This document shows positions 51,175 through 64,000 of a stretch of DNA of 64,000 bases, in pieces. The notes beneath the pieces were generated by a model, which made no database searches, was not told the DNA's origin, and saw only the letters and a list, made by a program, of their open reading frames with translations. Where the stretch lies: assembly GCF_004010195.1 (NCBI RefSeq), contig NC_057750.1, forward strand, positions 18,576,542 through 18,640,541, written 5' to 3'. How positions within the stretch are numbered: the stretch's first letter is position 1; the number at the start of each line of letters is the position of its first letter. The DNA comes from Chiloscyllium plagiosum (lineage: Eukaryota). The position numbers and the translations under genes are program-made.

Positions 51175-53020
51175 TGACGGAATTAGCAAGAACTTTCGAA
51201 AGCTGATTGGGGCAGAGGACAGCTGGAAAATGGGAAGCCTTCAGAAATGAGATAATGAGAATCCAGAGCAAGTATATTCCTGTCAGGGTGAAAGGCTGGT
51301 AGGTAGAGGGAATGCTGGATGACTAAAGAAATTGAGGGTTTGGTTAAAAAAAAGAAGGAAGCATATGTAAGGTATAGACAGGATAGATCGAGTGAATCCT
51401 TAGAACGGTATAAAAGAATTAGGAGTATACTTAAGAGGGAAATTAGGAGGGCAAAATGGGGACATGAGATAGCTTTGGGAAATAGAATTAAGGAGAATCC
51501 AAAGGGTTTTTACAAATACATTAAGGACAAAAGGGTAACTAGGAAGAGAATAGGAGCCTTCAAAGATCAGCAAGGCGGCCTTTGTGTGGAGCCGCAGAAA
51601 ATGGGGGAGATACTCAATGAGTATTTTGCATTAGCATTTCCTGTGGAAAAGTATATGGAAAATATAGATTGTAGGGAAATAGATGGTGCCATCTTGCAAA
51701 ATGTCCAGATTACAGACGAGGAAGTGACGGATGTCTTGAAACGGGTAAAGATGGATAAATCCCCAAGACCTGATCAGGTGTACCCGAGAACTCTGTGGGA
51801 AGCTGGAAAAGTGATTGCTGGGCCTCTTGTTGAGATATTTGTATTATCGGTAGTCACAGGTGAGGTGCCTGAAGCCTAGAGGTTGGCAAACGTGATGCCA
51901 CTGTTTAAGAAGGGTGGTAAGGACAAGCCAGGGAACTATAGACTGGTGATGCTGACCTCGGTGGTGGGCAAGTTGTTGGAGGGAATCCTGAGGGACAGGA
52001 TGTACATGTATTTGGAAAGGCAAAGACTGATTAGAGATAGTTAACATGGCTTTGTGCGTGGGAAACCATGTCTCACAAACTTGATTGAGTTTTTTGAAGA
52101 AGTAATAAAGAGGATTGATGTGGGCAGAGCAGTAGATGTGACCTATATGGACTTCAGTAAGGCGTTCGACAAGGTTCCCCATAGGAGACTGATTAGCAAG
52201 GTTAGATCTCATGGAATACAGGGAGAACTAGCCATTTGGATACAAAACTGGCTCAAAGGTAGAAAACAGAGGGTGGTGGTGGAGGGTTGCTTTTCAGACT
52301 GGAGGCCTGTGACTAGTGGAGTGCCACAAGGATCAGTGCTGTGTCATTTACACAAATGATTTGGATGCGAGCATAAGAGGTATAGTTAGTAGGTTTGCAG
52401 ATGACAGCATAATTGGAAATGTAGTGGACAACGAAGAGGGTTACCTCAGATTACAACGGGATCTGGACCAGATGGGCCAATGGGCTGAGAAGTGGCAGAT
52501 GGAGTCTAATTCAGATAAATGCAAGGTGCTGCAATTTGGGAAAGCAAATCTTAGCAGGACTTATACACTTAATGGTAAGGTCCTANNNNNNNNNNNNNNN
52601 NNNNNNNNNNNNNNNNNNNNNNNNNNNNNNNNNNNNNNNNNNNNNNNNNNNNNNNNNNNNNNNNNNNNNNNNNNNNNNNNNNNNNNNNNNNNNNNNNNNN
52701 NNNNNNNNNNNNNNNNNNNNNNNNNNNNNNNNNNNNNNNNNNNNNNNNNNNNNNNNNNNNNNNNNNNNNNNNNNNNNNNNNNNNNNNNNNNNNNNNNNNN
52801 NNNNNNNNNNNNNNNNNNNNNNNNNNNNNNNNNNNNNNNNNNNNNNNNNNNNNNNNNNNNNNNGGCATTTGGATGGGTATATGAATAGGAAACGTTTGGA
52901 GGGATATGGGCCTGGTGCTGGCAGGTGGGACTAGATTGGGTTGGGATATCTAGCTGGTATGGATGGGTTGGACTGAAGGGTCTGTTTTCATCCTGTACAT
53001 CTCTATGACTATGACTATGA
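51175..53020 (+). mobile_element. CR1 LINE ORF2 fragment spanning an assembly gap
   Basis: CLTNLIEFFEEV..YMDFSKAFDKVPH..SGVPQGS, with stops and frameshifts, and a (CTATGA)n tail. Confidence 0.92.
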
Positions 53021-55590
53021 AGGATATTACTAAATTAAATGAGATTTCCCCCAACAATCATGGTCATCATTAGACATATAATTCCATATTTTTAATTTTG
53101 AATTGAAGTTCAAGAATCTGTAATGGTAGTCTTCCAGCCCCAGACCCTGGAACATTAGCAACGATACCACCAGTCCCGGTGATGTAGCTTGTGTGTTCGT
53201 TGTTGTAAAGAACCAGATGTGTAGATAAACAAGAGCATGGAGATTGGATGAGATGAACTTAGGTTTAAGTTTAGCAAGAAAGGCAGAGAACACGAGAAAG
53301 ACAAAGAAATAAGTGATAGTGAGGAGATTGCACAGAAAGAAAGAAGCAAAGTTAGGAAAGGAGGATGAAAAAAAGGCTTGCGAGGTAGAGGGAGTTCAGT
53401 GTTAGAGGAGGTGACAGATACAAGCAACGAGAGAAACAATGAAATAAGAGTCAAAGAGATACAATCTCCAACGGAGATTATTCCAAGTTGTCTCAACCTT
53501 TTGTGCTTGCAACGTGATAAAGCAGGCCTAAAGACTGAATTGATACACGAGAATGCTTTAATCTTTGTGTGGGGTAGCGATGAAGTTCTAATGTTCCTGG
53601 GCTTGTAATCGAGAATATATGGCTCATGTAATAGGAACCTGGTTTCTCATATCACAAACAAGGGTGAACTCAATAAATATTTGGAATTAAAATGTTATCT
53701 AATGGTGACCATGTACTGATTGTCATAAAACCATTCTGGGAGTGTTAATCAACAAGAACCTGGCCTTGTCCACCCATGTCTATGCGATGGTCTAGAAAGC
53801 ACAACAAAACATCTACTACCTCAGGAGGCTAAAGAAATTCAGCATGCCCACGAATAGTCTTGCCATTTAAAAAAAAGATGTGCCATGGAAAGTATCCTAT
53901 CTGGATGCAACATAGCATTGTATGGAAACTGTTGTTCACCAGACTGCAAGAAATTATAGAGAGTTGTGAACACAGCCCTGTCTGTCACGCAAACCAACCA
54001 TCTATCCATTCATTCCATCTATACCTCTTGCTGTATTGAGAAAGCAATCAACAGAATCAAAGACCCCTCCAACCCTTGTTATACTCTTCCACCTCTTCCA
54101 CTGGGCAAAAAATTCAAGAATATCTTTTTTACTGTTGTTGTCAGACTTTTGAATGGATGCCTCAAATGTTAATGTTGATCTTTCTCTCTCTGCACCTTTT
54201 CTGCAGTTGTTACACTGCATTCTGTACTCTATTCTGCTACCTTGATGCACTTTGTACTGTACAATCGGCCATGAAGATCACACAACATAACACCTTTCAC
54301 TATATCTAGGTACAAGTGACAACAATAAATCTAACTCAAAGTCAAACACCTTTGGGAAATCTGTCTTCCTTAGCTGGTCCAATCTAGGTGTGACTCCAGA
54401 ACAACTGCACTGTGGATGACTAGGGATGAAAATTAAGTGCTGGCCTAGATAGTGATGCAAACATCCTTTGAATATATATATTAAAATAAAACCCAAGAGA
54501 CTTTGTCAGTTTCGAATGTTGGTTACTTTTCTATAGAGAAGAGAAGGCTGAGTAGGATTCTGATATGTGCGTTTAAACTTACCAATGTGTTCGATAGGGT
54601 AGACATAAGAATAGATACTTTTGCATTTTGTGGAGATCACAAAGAGAGGCAATAAATATGTGGTTGTCATTAATTAATACAAATCTTATTCCCATGATGA
54701 TAATGACACTTGGGAGATTTTGGAGCAATTACTGAATCTGTGAACACAGAATATAGAATTCACGACAACAGGAGAAATACTTGAGACAAAGATAGATGTC
54801 TTTAATCTGGAGACACAGTTAATGAAGACATGGACAGAATGATATGCTCAAGGGATGAGGTCAAGAGGAAAAGAGAAGATTGATAGGCCAGAAATATTGG
54901 CATGGAACAGATGAGGTTTCTTTGTTCTGCATGTATAATTGGGGAGAGAAACTGTCCAAACCCAGAAGAGACTGAAATGAATCATTTTGTAATTATGTAT
55001 GCAGACTAGAGTAGCATAATAGTAACAGAGGACAGAATTCAAATTCATTCAGTGCAATTGAAGAATTTAAATTGAATCAATTAACTAAAAATATGAAAGA
55101 AATGTTCATCATCAATAATGGTAACCTTGTAATCATTAGATATTTCAAACACTTCTGATTTGAAAGAAACATGCTAGCCTTACAGGATGAGAATTAAGGA
55201 AAACCCCAAGGCATTCTACACTTATGCGAGGAACAGGAAGATGACCAGAGTGAGTGTAAGGCTGATCGGAGATACTGGATGAAACTTGTGAATGGAATCA
55301 GAGGAGTTGTGGGGTGCGTGTGTGTATAGAGGGGGTGTTCTTAATGAAAACTTTGCATCAGAATTCACTGAGAGGGACCTTGTCATTTGTGAGGACAACA
55401 TTAACCACGTGAATACACTTGAACAGGTTCATGTTAAGAAGGAGGATGTGCTGGAAATTTTCAAAAAAACATGGGGATAGAAAGGTCCCCTGGGCCAGAT
55501 GGGATATACCCAAGTTTACTATGGGAAGTGAAGGAAGAGATTGCTGCTTTGTGATGATCTTTGCATCCTCACTGTTCATTGAAGTAGTAC

Positions 55591-56184
55591 CAATAGACAA
55601 TAGACAATAGGTGGAGGAGTAGGCCATTCAGCCCTTCGAGCCTGCACTGCCATTCAATATAACCATAGCGGATCATTCCTAATCAGTATCCTGTTCCTGC
55701 CTTATCTCCATAATCCTTGATTCCACTATCTTTGAGAGCTCTATCCAACTCTTTCTTAAATGAATCCAGAGAGTGGGCCTCCACTGCCCTCTGGGGCAGA
55801 GCATTCCACACAGCCACCACTCTCTGGGTGAAGAAGTTTCTCCTGAGCTCTGTCCTAAATGGTCTACCCAGTATTTTTAAGCTGTGTCCTCTGGTTCGGA
55901 CTCACCCATCAGCAGAAACATGTTTCCTACTGCCAGAGTGTCCAATCCTTTCATAATCTTACATGTCTCAATCAGCTCCCCTCTCAGTCTTCTAAACTCA
56001 AGGGTATACAAGCCCAGTCGCTCCAGTCTTTCAGCGTAAGGTAGTCCCGCCATTCCAGGAATTGACCTCGTGAACCTACGCTGCACTCCCTCAATAGCCA
56101 GAATGTCTTCTCTCAAATTTGGAGACCAGAACTGCACACAGTACTCCAGGTGTGGTCTCACCACGGCCCTGTACAGCTGCAGAA
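55591..56184 (-). mobile_element. Young CR1 3' end inserted into an older CR1, running into a gap
   Basis: MVRPHLEYCVQFWSP..; (CAATAGA)n tail. Confidence 0.85.
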
Positions 56185-57099
56185 NNNNNNNNNNNNNNNN
56201 NNNNNNNNNNNNNNNNNNNNNNNNNNNNNNNNNNNNNNNNNNNNNNNNNNNNNNNNNNNNNNNNNNNNNNNNNNNNNNNNNNNNNNNNNNNNNNNNNNNN
56301 NNNNNNNNNNNNNNNNNNNNNNNNNNNNNNNNNNNNNNNNNNNNNNNNNNNNNNNNNNNNNNNNNNNNNNNNNNNNNNNNNNNNNNNNNNNNNNNNNNNN
56401 NNNNNNNNNNNNNNNNNNNNNNNNNNNNNNNNNNNNNNNNNNNNNNNNNNNNNNNNNNNNNNNNNNNNNNNNNNNNNNNNNNNNNNNNNNNNNNNNNNNN
56501 NNNNNNNNNNNNNNNNNNNNNNNNNNNNNNNNNNNNNNNNNNNNNNNNNNNNNNNNNNNNNNNNNNNNNNNNNNNNNNNNNNNNNNNNNNNNNNNNNNNN
56601 NNNNNNNNNNNNNNNNNNNNNNNNNNNNNNNNNNNNNNNNNNNNNNNNNNNNNNNNNNNNNNNNNNNNNNNNNNNNNNNNNNNNNNNNNNNNNNNNNNNN
56701 NNNNNNNNNNNNNNNNNNNNNNNNNNNNNNNNNNNNNNNNNNNNNNNNNNNNNNNNNNNNNNNNNNNNNNNNNNNNNNNNNNNNNNNNNNNNNNNNNNNN
56801 NNNNNNNNNNNNNNNNNNNNNNNNNNNNNNNNNNNNNNNNNNNNNNNNNNNNNNNNNNNNNNNNNNNNNNNNNNNNNNNNNNNNNNNNNNNNNNNNNNNN
56901 NNNNNNNNNNNNNNNNNNNNNNNNNNNNNNNNNNNNNNNNNNNNNNNNNNNNNNNNNNNNNNNNNNNNNNNNNNNNNNNNNNNNNNNNNNNNNNNNNNNN
57001 NNNNNNNNNNNNNNNNNNNNNNNNNNNNNNNNNNNNNNNNNNNNNNNNNNNNNNNNNNNNNNNNNNNNNNNNNNNNNNNNNNNNNNNNNNNNNNNNNNN
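56185..57099. other. Assembly gap (others at 49770-49923, 52586-52863, 62026-62770)
   Basis: Runs of N. Confidence 0.99.
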
Positions 57100-60000
57100 T
57101 GCAGGTGGGGTGAAGGTGATAGGTTGGAGAGGAGGGTGGAGTGGATAGATGGGAAGGTAGATTGACAGATGGGGCAGTTCATGAGGATGGTGCTGAGCTG
57201 GAAGGTTGGAACTGGGGTAAGGTGGGGGAGGGGAAATGAGGAAGCTGGTGAAGTCCATATTGATGCCATGCGGTTGAAGGGTTCCGAGGCAGAAGGTGAG
57301 GCGTACTTCCTCTCAGTGTTGGGTGGTAAGGGAGTGTCAATGGAGGAGGACCAGGACCTGCATGGCCTCGGCAGAGTGGGAGGGGAGTTGAAAAGTTCGG
57401 ATCACCTATTCAAGTGAAATTAGAATCATAGAATCCGTACAGTGCTGAAAGAGGCCATTAAACCCAACAAGTCTGAACTAACCCTTCGAAGATCATCCCA
57501 GGCCCCCACTTTATTCTCATAACCCCATATATTTTTATGGCTACTCCACATCCTGTGCACAGCTTTGGGCAGTATGAGCAATTTAGCATGGCCAATTCAA
57601 CTAACATGCACATGTTTGGCCTGCGGGAGGAAACTGAAGCACTCAGTAGAACTCCACCCTCCCCCAACTGTCCACCCCCCCCTCCCCCCCCCCCACACAC
57701 ACACACACAGAAAATGTGCAAAATCTACACAGTCACCCAAAAGTGGAATTGAACCTGGGTCCCTAGCGACCAAATTGCGCATCCATGCCAGCCTTCGGAA
57801 TGGTTAAAATATGCTGACCTCAGCAGTGTTGAGCACATCTCATGATTAAATGAAAATAACTCCAATTCCTGAGTATTAGTCTAATATTCGAGAGCCAGAA
57901 TTACATGCCACAATTTCAATAAATGGAAATAAGAGATCACACAACTTTTTAAATAAATATTCATTTGTGGGATTTGGGCTTTACTGGCCAGGCCAGTATT
58001 TATTGACCATCCATAGTTGCCCTTGAGGAGGTGGTTGTGAGCTGCTTGCTTGAACTACTGCAGTCCACCTGCTGTGGGTTGACCCACAATGCCATTAGGG
58101 AGGGAATTCCAGGATTTTGACCCAGTGACCCTAAAGGAATGGCAATATATTTCCCGATAGGATGGTGAGTGGCTTGTAGGAGAACTTGAAGGTGGTGGTG
58201 TATCCCATATACCTGCTGTCCCTGTCTTTCCAGATTGAAGTGGTTGTGGTTTTGGAAGGTACTGTCTGAGGAACTTTGGTGAATTTCTGCAGTGCATCTC
58301 GGAAACAGTACAGGGCGGTTACTACTGAGCATTGGTAGTGCAGGGAATAGATGTTTGTGGCTATAATGCCAATCAATCAAGATGCTTTGCCTTGGGTGGT
58401 GTCATAGAAGACAACCGCCCTTTCGTGGACTCCATTTGTATGTCTTGTTGCCGCAGAAAAGCTGCCAACATCACCAAAGACCCACGCCACTCCAGTAATG
58501 CGTTCCAATGACCTCTTCCATCAGGCAGAAGATACAGAAGCTTGAATACATCCACCAGCAGGTTAAACAACAGTTTCTTCCCTGCCATTATTGTACTGAC
58601 AAATTGACTCTCTAACTTCAAATAAAGTTGACCTTGGCAATCTTGATCTTGCCTGGTGCACGTCCTGTGCAGTACAACCTATATGCTAAAGATTTTTGCT
58701 CACCCTTGTATGTCCTTTCTTACTATGATCTGCCAACAACATTTTTCAATGTATTTAGATATGTGTGACAATAAATCAAGTCAAATCAAATCAAATTATG
58801 TCAAATACTATTACTCTCACCTTACCTGCTTGGATAAGTCATGTTAAAAACTGTTCAGTACACTTATGCTTCTAATATTAGCTACTGATGCAGTTCCATG
58901 TTCAAATGTGACAAAGTTTCGACAGTATCCAAACTTGGGCTGACAAGTGGCAATGAATATTCAGACCACATAAACACCTGGCAAGTACCATCTCGATTAA
59001 TAGACAATTTAACCACAACCTTTTTGCCACACAATAGTGTTACCTTCACTGAATCCACTGCTATTGACATCCTGGGGTTACCATTGACCAGAATCTCAGT
59101 TGGACTTGCTGTATAAATATAGCAACTACAAGAGCAGGTCAGGTGCTAGGAATTCTGTGGTGAGTAACTCTTGTCCTGACTTGCAGTCAGATAGAATCAC
59201 CAGTTCATCGAGTCCACAGTGACCATCCAAAGAGCATCCTACACAGTTCCGTGCCCCTATCTTATCCCTGTGACCCTACATTTCTCATGGCCAATCCATC
59301 TAACCTGCACATCTTTGGACAGTCAGAAGAAACTGCAGCACTGGTGAAAAACCCATACAGACACAGGGAGAATGTACACAGACAGTCACCTGAAGCTGGA
59401 ATTGAACTTGGTCACTGGCATTGTGAAGCAGTATCACTGCAAATCACTGAACCACCATGCTACGCTCCCCAAAACCTGTCCACCAACTACAAGGCACAAG
59501 TCAGGAATATGTCTGAATACATGCAACTCCAACAATATTCATGAAGCTTTACAACATCCAGGATAAAGCAATCTGGTTGACTGGAACTCCATCCATTTAT
59601 ACCACCATTAATGCTCAGTAACAGCAGTGAGCACTATCTGCAAAATACATGACAGAAATTCACTAAGACGTTTAGATTTCACCTTTAAAACCCGCAAACA
59701 CTTCCATCTAGAAGGACGACAGGAGAAAACACATGGTAACACCATCATCTGCAATCCATTCGCCATCCTTACTTGGAAATATATTGCTATACCTTCACTT
59801 TCGCTGGGTAAAAATCCTAAAATTCCTTCCCTCAAGCATTGTGTGTCTACCAGAGGACGAGGATTGCAGCTGTCCAAAAAAAAGCTCACCCCATCCTCTC
59901 AAAGACAAATTGGAATGGGCAATAAATGCTGGCTCAGCCAGCGAGTCCCATGCCCAAAATGAATTTTTAAAATGCAATTGCCTGGAGGCCTTCACGAAGA

Positions 60001-61089
60001 CATGATTGGTCATATTAAAACGGAAAAACAAATCTTTCAATCTCATTAAGCCTGTTACATTGCAACAGAAGGAAAGGATTTACCCCGCTGGTACACATTA
60101 CTCCACAACAGTTAAATGCCAGGCACTTTTTGTGATATTCAATTTGATCATGGCAGTTCTGTACTTCAGTTGCATGCTCCAATCGTTACTCAGTATCTTG
60201 GATTGCTCAGATAGACTTAGGGCTAACAAACATTTATCAACAGTTCGAGTCCACATTTTGAACATGTTTAAAACGCTAAGCATGGTGAAGAGGGAAGAAC
60301 TGAAATAACAATGACAAACAATAGCTTTCATTGTATAAACTTTCTATTTATTTCTTAAACATTTAACGAAAGGAAAAGTGCAAAGGGCGAAATCATGAGA
60401 AAACTGTCAATACCTGATTCATTGAGAAACCTATGAAAAATAATGAGGATCACAGTTTCCATCAGCAATCTATTAGATGAATTCTAACGCTAGCAATAAA
60501 AGTTTGAAGGTTAAGAGACAAGACTTGTTTTAAACAAAATTTGAGTTACAATCTTTTGTTTTTGCTTAACAATATACATAGCTTTATTAGACCAGCACGG
60601 GGGATATGTTTCACACAGGAAGTGGAAAAGGTAAAAATCATTTATCTTGGAATTAATTGTAATAAATGGTTTTGGTTTTAATATTTTCAAGGAGATCTGT
60701 ATTTTCACGTTTGGCTAAACAGCCTTCTGTTTTGCTTTAAGAGTTCTGTGGTTCTGTATAAAGTTTTAAGGATTATGGATTATTAAGTAATCTAAAAAAG
60801 GGAAAATATAATGAAAACTTCAAATCTTAACCTATTTAGACACTAGGAAAACAAGGAAACGTCAAGACTCTGAAAGGATTTATTTCAGCAGGAAAAGGTG
60901 AGGCAAGGCATAAATGTTCTCCACTCATCTCCCATGGTGACATTGTGGAGATATTTACACTGGCATGGTAGGAGTTAATTAGATTAAGTTTATCCCATCG
61001 ATAAACACAATATTTATTTTTCTTGCTTCTTCCTCTCTCCCATACGCTCTGCAATTCATCTGTTCATTGTCTTCATTGCTTTGTTTTAA

Positions 61090-61116
61090 TCAGTCAAATC
61101 TTTTGCTGGAAGATGT
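61090..61116 (-). CDS. TRBC: TCR beta constant region, cytoplasmic (last) exon, coding part
   Basis: Minus strand ctttgtttttgtcattag|ACA TCT TCC AGC AAA AGA TTT GAC TGA = TSSSKRFD*. Phase 0 matches the TM exon donor. Resembles the shark TCR beta tail as recalled. AATAAA candidates lie downstream on the minus strand (about 61015, 60880, 60585). Confidence 0.9.
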   Translation of the reverse strand, partial: TSSSKRFD

Positions 61117-61660
61117 CTAATGACAAAAACAAAGTTGATGGTGTGATTATAATAAAATCATAAATATGCAACCCTGAATCAGGCAACTCTGATAAACTAT
61201 CTTTAATGCTGCATTCAGTTAGCTAATATAATTCAGGGAAGGAAATCTGGCATCTTTACGTACATGGGACTGTGGATCCATGGCAAAGCTGTTGACTCTT
61301 AATTACCCTCTGAAACGGCCTGGCAAGCCATTCAGTTGAAGGGCAACCTTCGATGGACAAAAACAATAACAATAGCGCAATTTCCTGCAGTTGCCCAAGA
61401 GTTTTTGTCTCACTCCCTACCATAAATCGTGTGGATGCTCTAATGGTGCAGGTTAATTAAGCAAAATTATGTGCAAAGTAACGAATGGGACATGTTGCTA
61501 GGGGTGAATGAAATGGACGAAACTCACAAAAACAGTGGAAGACACCATTTGGGCAGAATGGGCTGTTCTATACTAAAACTTTTTTAAAATTCTATGAATG
61601 AATATCAATAACCAAGTCTTAGAATGCATTCTTTAATAAGTCTACTGAGTTTAACTTTAC

Positions 61661-61767
61661 CTTAGTTTTCCAAGCAAGTATTGAGATGAATATTCCATAA
61701 AAGACACTTTTGCAAATCAAGATCAGATATGTCAATTTTCCTGTTGCCATGCTGTGCATTTTCACTT
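61661..61767 (-). CDS. TRBC: TCR beta constant region, connecting peptide/transmembrane exon
   Basis: Minus strand tttctttgtag|AA GTG AAA...ACT AAG|gtaaag, 107 nt: (E)VKMHSMATGKLTYLILICKSVFYGIFISILAWKTK. Has the intramembrane Lys and the Y..L..KS..Y pattern of TCR beta. Not in the ORF track. Confidence 0.93.
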
Positions 61768-61985
61768 CTACAAAGAAATTTGTAATGAACATTGTTAAAA
61801 TGCCTGTTTTCTTGAAGGAAGACTTGTTTTTGTTAACAAAAGAAACATATCTTTATTTTAGGGTCTCAATGTAAAGTTTAGCTGTAAAATAGAATACGTC
61901 CACCTTTGATGCAAGAAGTTGCCCTCTATCCTATCTCTCCATGTCAATTATTATTCAATGATGTACTATGTTACATTTTGAATAC

Positions 61986-61994
61986 CTTTATTCA
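61986..61994 (-). CDS. TRBC: Probable 9-nt hinge micro-exon of TRBC
   Basis: Minus strand attcctacag|TGAATAAAG|gtatt. Phase 1-1, giving xNKE in frame with the TM exon. Confidence 0.55.
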
Positions 61995-62010
61995 CTGTAG
62001 GAATCGCATG

Positions 62011-63443
62011 ACAATAGACAATAGANNNNNNNNNNNNNNNNNNNNNNNNNNNNNNNNNNNNNNNNNNNNNNNNNNNNNNNNNNNNNNNNNNNNNNNNNNN
62101 NNNNNNNNNNNNNNNNNNNNNNNNNNNNNNNNNNNNNNNNNNNNNNNNNNNNNNNNNNNNNNNNNNNNNNNNNNNNNNNNNNNNNNNNNNNNNNNNNNNN
62201 NNNNNNNNNNNNNNNNNNNNNNNNNNNNNNNNNNNNNNNNNNNNNNNNNNNNNNNNNNNNNNNNNNNNNNNNNNNNNNNNNNNNNNNNNNNNNNNNNNNN
62301 NNNNNNNNNNNNNNNNNNNNNNNNNNNNNNNNNNNNNNNNNNNNNNNNNNNNNNNNNNNNNNNNNNNNNNNNNNNNNNNNNNNNNNNNNNNNNNNNNNNN
62401 NNNNNNNNNNNNNNNNNNNNNNNNNNNNNNNNNNNNNNNNNNNNNNNNNNNNNNNNNNNNNNNNNNNNNNNNNNNNNNNNNNNNNNNNNNNNNNNNNNNN
62501 NNNNNNNNNNNNNNNNNNNNNNNNNNNNNNNNNNNNNNNNNNNNNNNNNNNNNNNNNNNNNNNNNNNNNNNNNNNNNNNNNNNNNNNNNNNNNNNNNNNN
62601 NNNNNNNNNNNNNNNNNNNNNNNNNNNNNNNNNNNNNNNNNNNNNNNNNNNNNNNNNNNNNNNNNNNNNNNNNNNNNNNNNNNNNNNNNNNNNNNNNNNN
62701 NNNNNNNNNNNNNNNNNNNNNNNNNNNNNNNNNNNNNNNNNNNNNNNNNNNNNNNNNNNNNNNNNNNNNNCTTTCTCTCTCCCACCTTTCTTACAAAGTG
62801 GTATAACATTAGCCACCCTCCAATCCTCAGGAACCGACCCCGAATCTATCGAACTCTGGAAAATAATCACCAACGCATCCACGATTTCCCGAGCCACCTC
62901 CTTCAGTACCCTGGGATGCAGACAATCAGGCCCCGGAGACTTATCAACCTTCAGACCTAACAGTCTCTCCAACACCAAATCCTGGCAAATATAAATACCC
63001 TTAAGTTCAGGTCCTTCAGCCACTGTTACCTCAGGGAGATTGCTTGTGTCTTCCCCAGTGAACACTGATCTGAAGTACCCATTTAATTCCTCTGCCATTT
63101 CTTTGTTCCCCGTAATATAATCCACTGTTTCTGTCTTCAAGGGCCCAATTTTAGTCCTAACCATTTTTTTGCCTTGTACATACCTAAAAACGCTTTTACT
63201 ATCCTCCTTTATATTATTGGCCAATTTACCTTCGTACCTCATTTTTCCTTTGCGTATTTCCTTCTTAGTAATCCTCTGTTGCTCTTTAAAAGCTTCCCAG
63301 TCCTCAGTTTTCCCACTGATCTTTGCTATGTTATACTTTTTCTCTTTTAACTTTATATGTTTCTTAACTTCCCTCGTCAGCCACGGCCGCCCATGCCTCC
63401 TCCTGGGATCTTTCTTCCTTTTAGGAATGAACTGATCCTGCAA
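62011..63443 (-). mobile_element. Young 5'-truncated CR1 in a TRBC intron, sense orientation, spanning a gap
   Basis: Uninterrupted ORF2 reading frame (PWLTREV..DKSPGPD..PEDWRVANV) and a (CAATAGA)n tail at 62011-62025. Confidence 0.88.
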
Positions 63444-64000
63444 GTATCCGCCATTGTCCCTCCACGATCATGAATATTTACTTCTAAATGTGAGGAAATA
63501 TTTAAACCTGGAACTCATAAATGCATGTGTTGAGAGCTCGTATCAGGCATGAGAATTTGTATCAATATAGAGCATTTTTCTCTTGTGGTCACTTAAGCCC
63601 TACTTCCAGTGTCAGTAGAGGGGGAAAACTACACTATTGCGCAGAAGCATTGACTCAGTGATCTATTTTCCTCTGAGGCAGATGTAAAGCATCCAGTAAC
63701 ATTATGACATTCTGCAAGGGCCCTGGAATAACATACTCCTCTCAACCAAAATTACCAAAACAAATTAGCAGGCCATTACACTTTGTGGGAGTTTGTGATG
63801 TGAAAATTGCTTATTATAATGCTCATATTGCTGCAGTGACTGCAGTTCAAACTTACATCATTTGAAAAAAGAAGTTTATTGGGATGTAACTATTTGCATT
63901 AAATATCTGTTACAATAACACATTTACAATTACCATTTATGCACTGCGGCTATTTAAAGTCATAGATGTCATGGACAAAAGAATGCCATTTGACTCATTA

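Noticed and set aside
56070-57269. Long ORFs in the track (also 49717-50301, 52316-52934, 61906-62994)
   Set aside because: Artefacts of translating N runs.
60098-60331. Minus-strand ORF with KLNITKSAWH, superficially like an Ig C-domain strand, after an acceptor-like ttatttcag
   Set aside because: No conserved Cys/Trp spacing, it stops before any second Cys, and it lies downstream of the TRBC stop.
32417-61000. D-beta, J-beta or trypsinogen genes between the V array and C
   Set aside because: No RSS-flanked D core, no FGxG plus 12-RSS, and no serine-protease motifs were seen. The N gaps cannot be assessed.
61903-61926. Alternative hinge exon (ATSCIK) on the minus strand
   Set aside because: Purine-rich acceptor, weak donor, and a length incompatible with phase 1-1.

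Overview
Vertebrate genomic DNA, almost certainly from a cartilaginous fish (inferred from shark-type SINE/CR1 repeats and the TCR sequences). The window is the 3' end of a T-cell receptor beta (TRB) locus. The last exons of the TCR beta constant gene lie on the minus strand at about 61.1-62.0 kb: a transmembrane exon, the cytoplasmic exon TSSSKRFD*, and a probable 9-nt hinge micro-exon. On the plus strand at 1-32.4 kb there is an array of V segments, each with a leader exon, intron, V exon and 23-bp-spacer RSS. Six look intact, three are clear pseudogenes, and there are further decayed relics. These V genes are therefore downstream of, and inverted relative to, C-beta. This is the position of the single mammalian TRBV30, and most of them belong to a TRBV30-like 'CAWS' family. 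Between the V array and C-beta are two dense RUNX/Ets/E-box/GATA/CRE clusters (47.6 and 50.5 kb), which are candidate E-beta enhancers. Two decayed copies of a V-set gene that does not look like TRBV sit among the V segments, and there is a 303-bp inverted duplication. The rest is mainly CR1, SINE, Penelope-like, Rex/Babar-like and solo-LTR repeats, plus four N gaps. No D, J or C-domain exon is visible; these should lie beyond position 64000. All comparisons to known proteins are from memory, not database searches.
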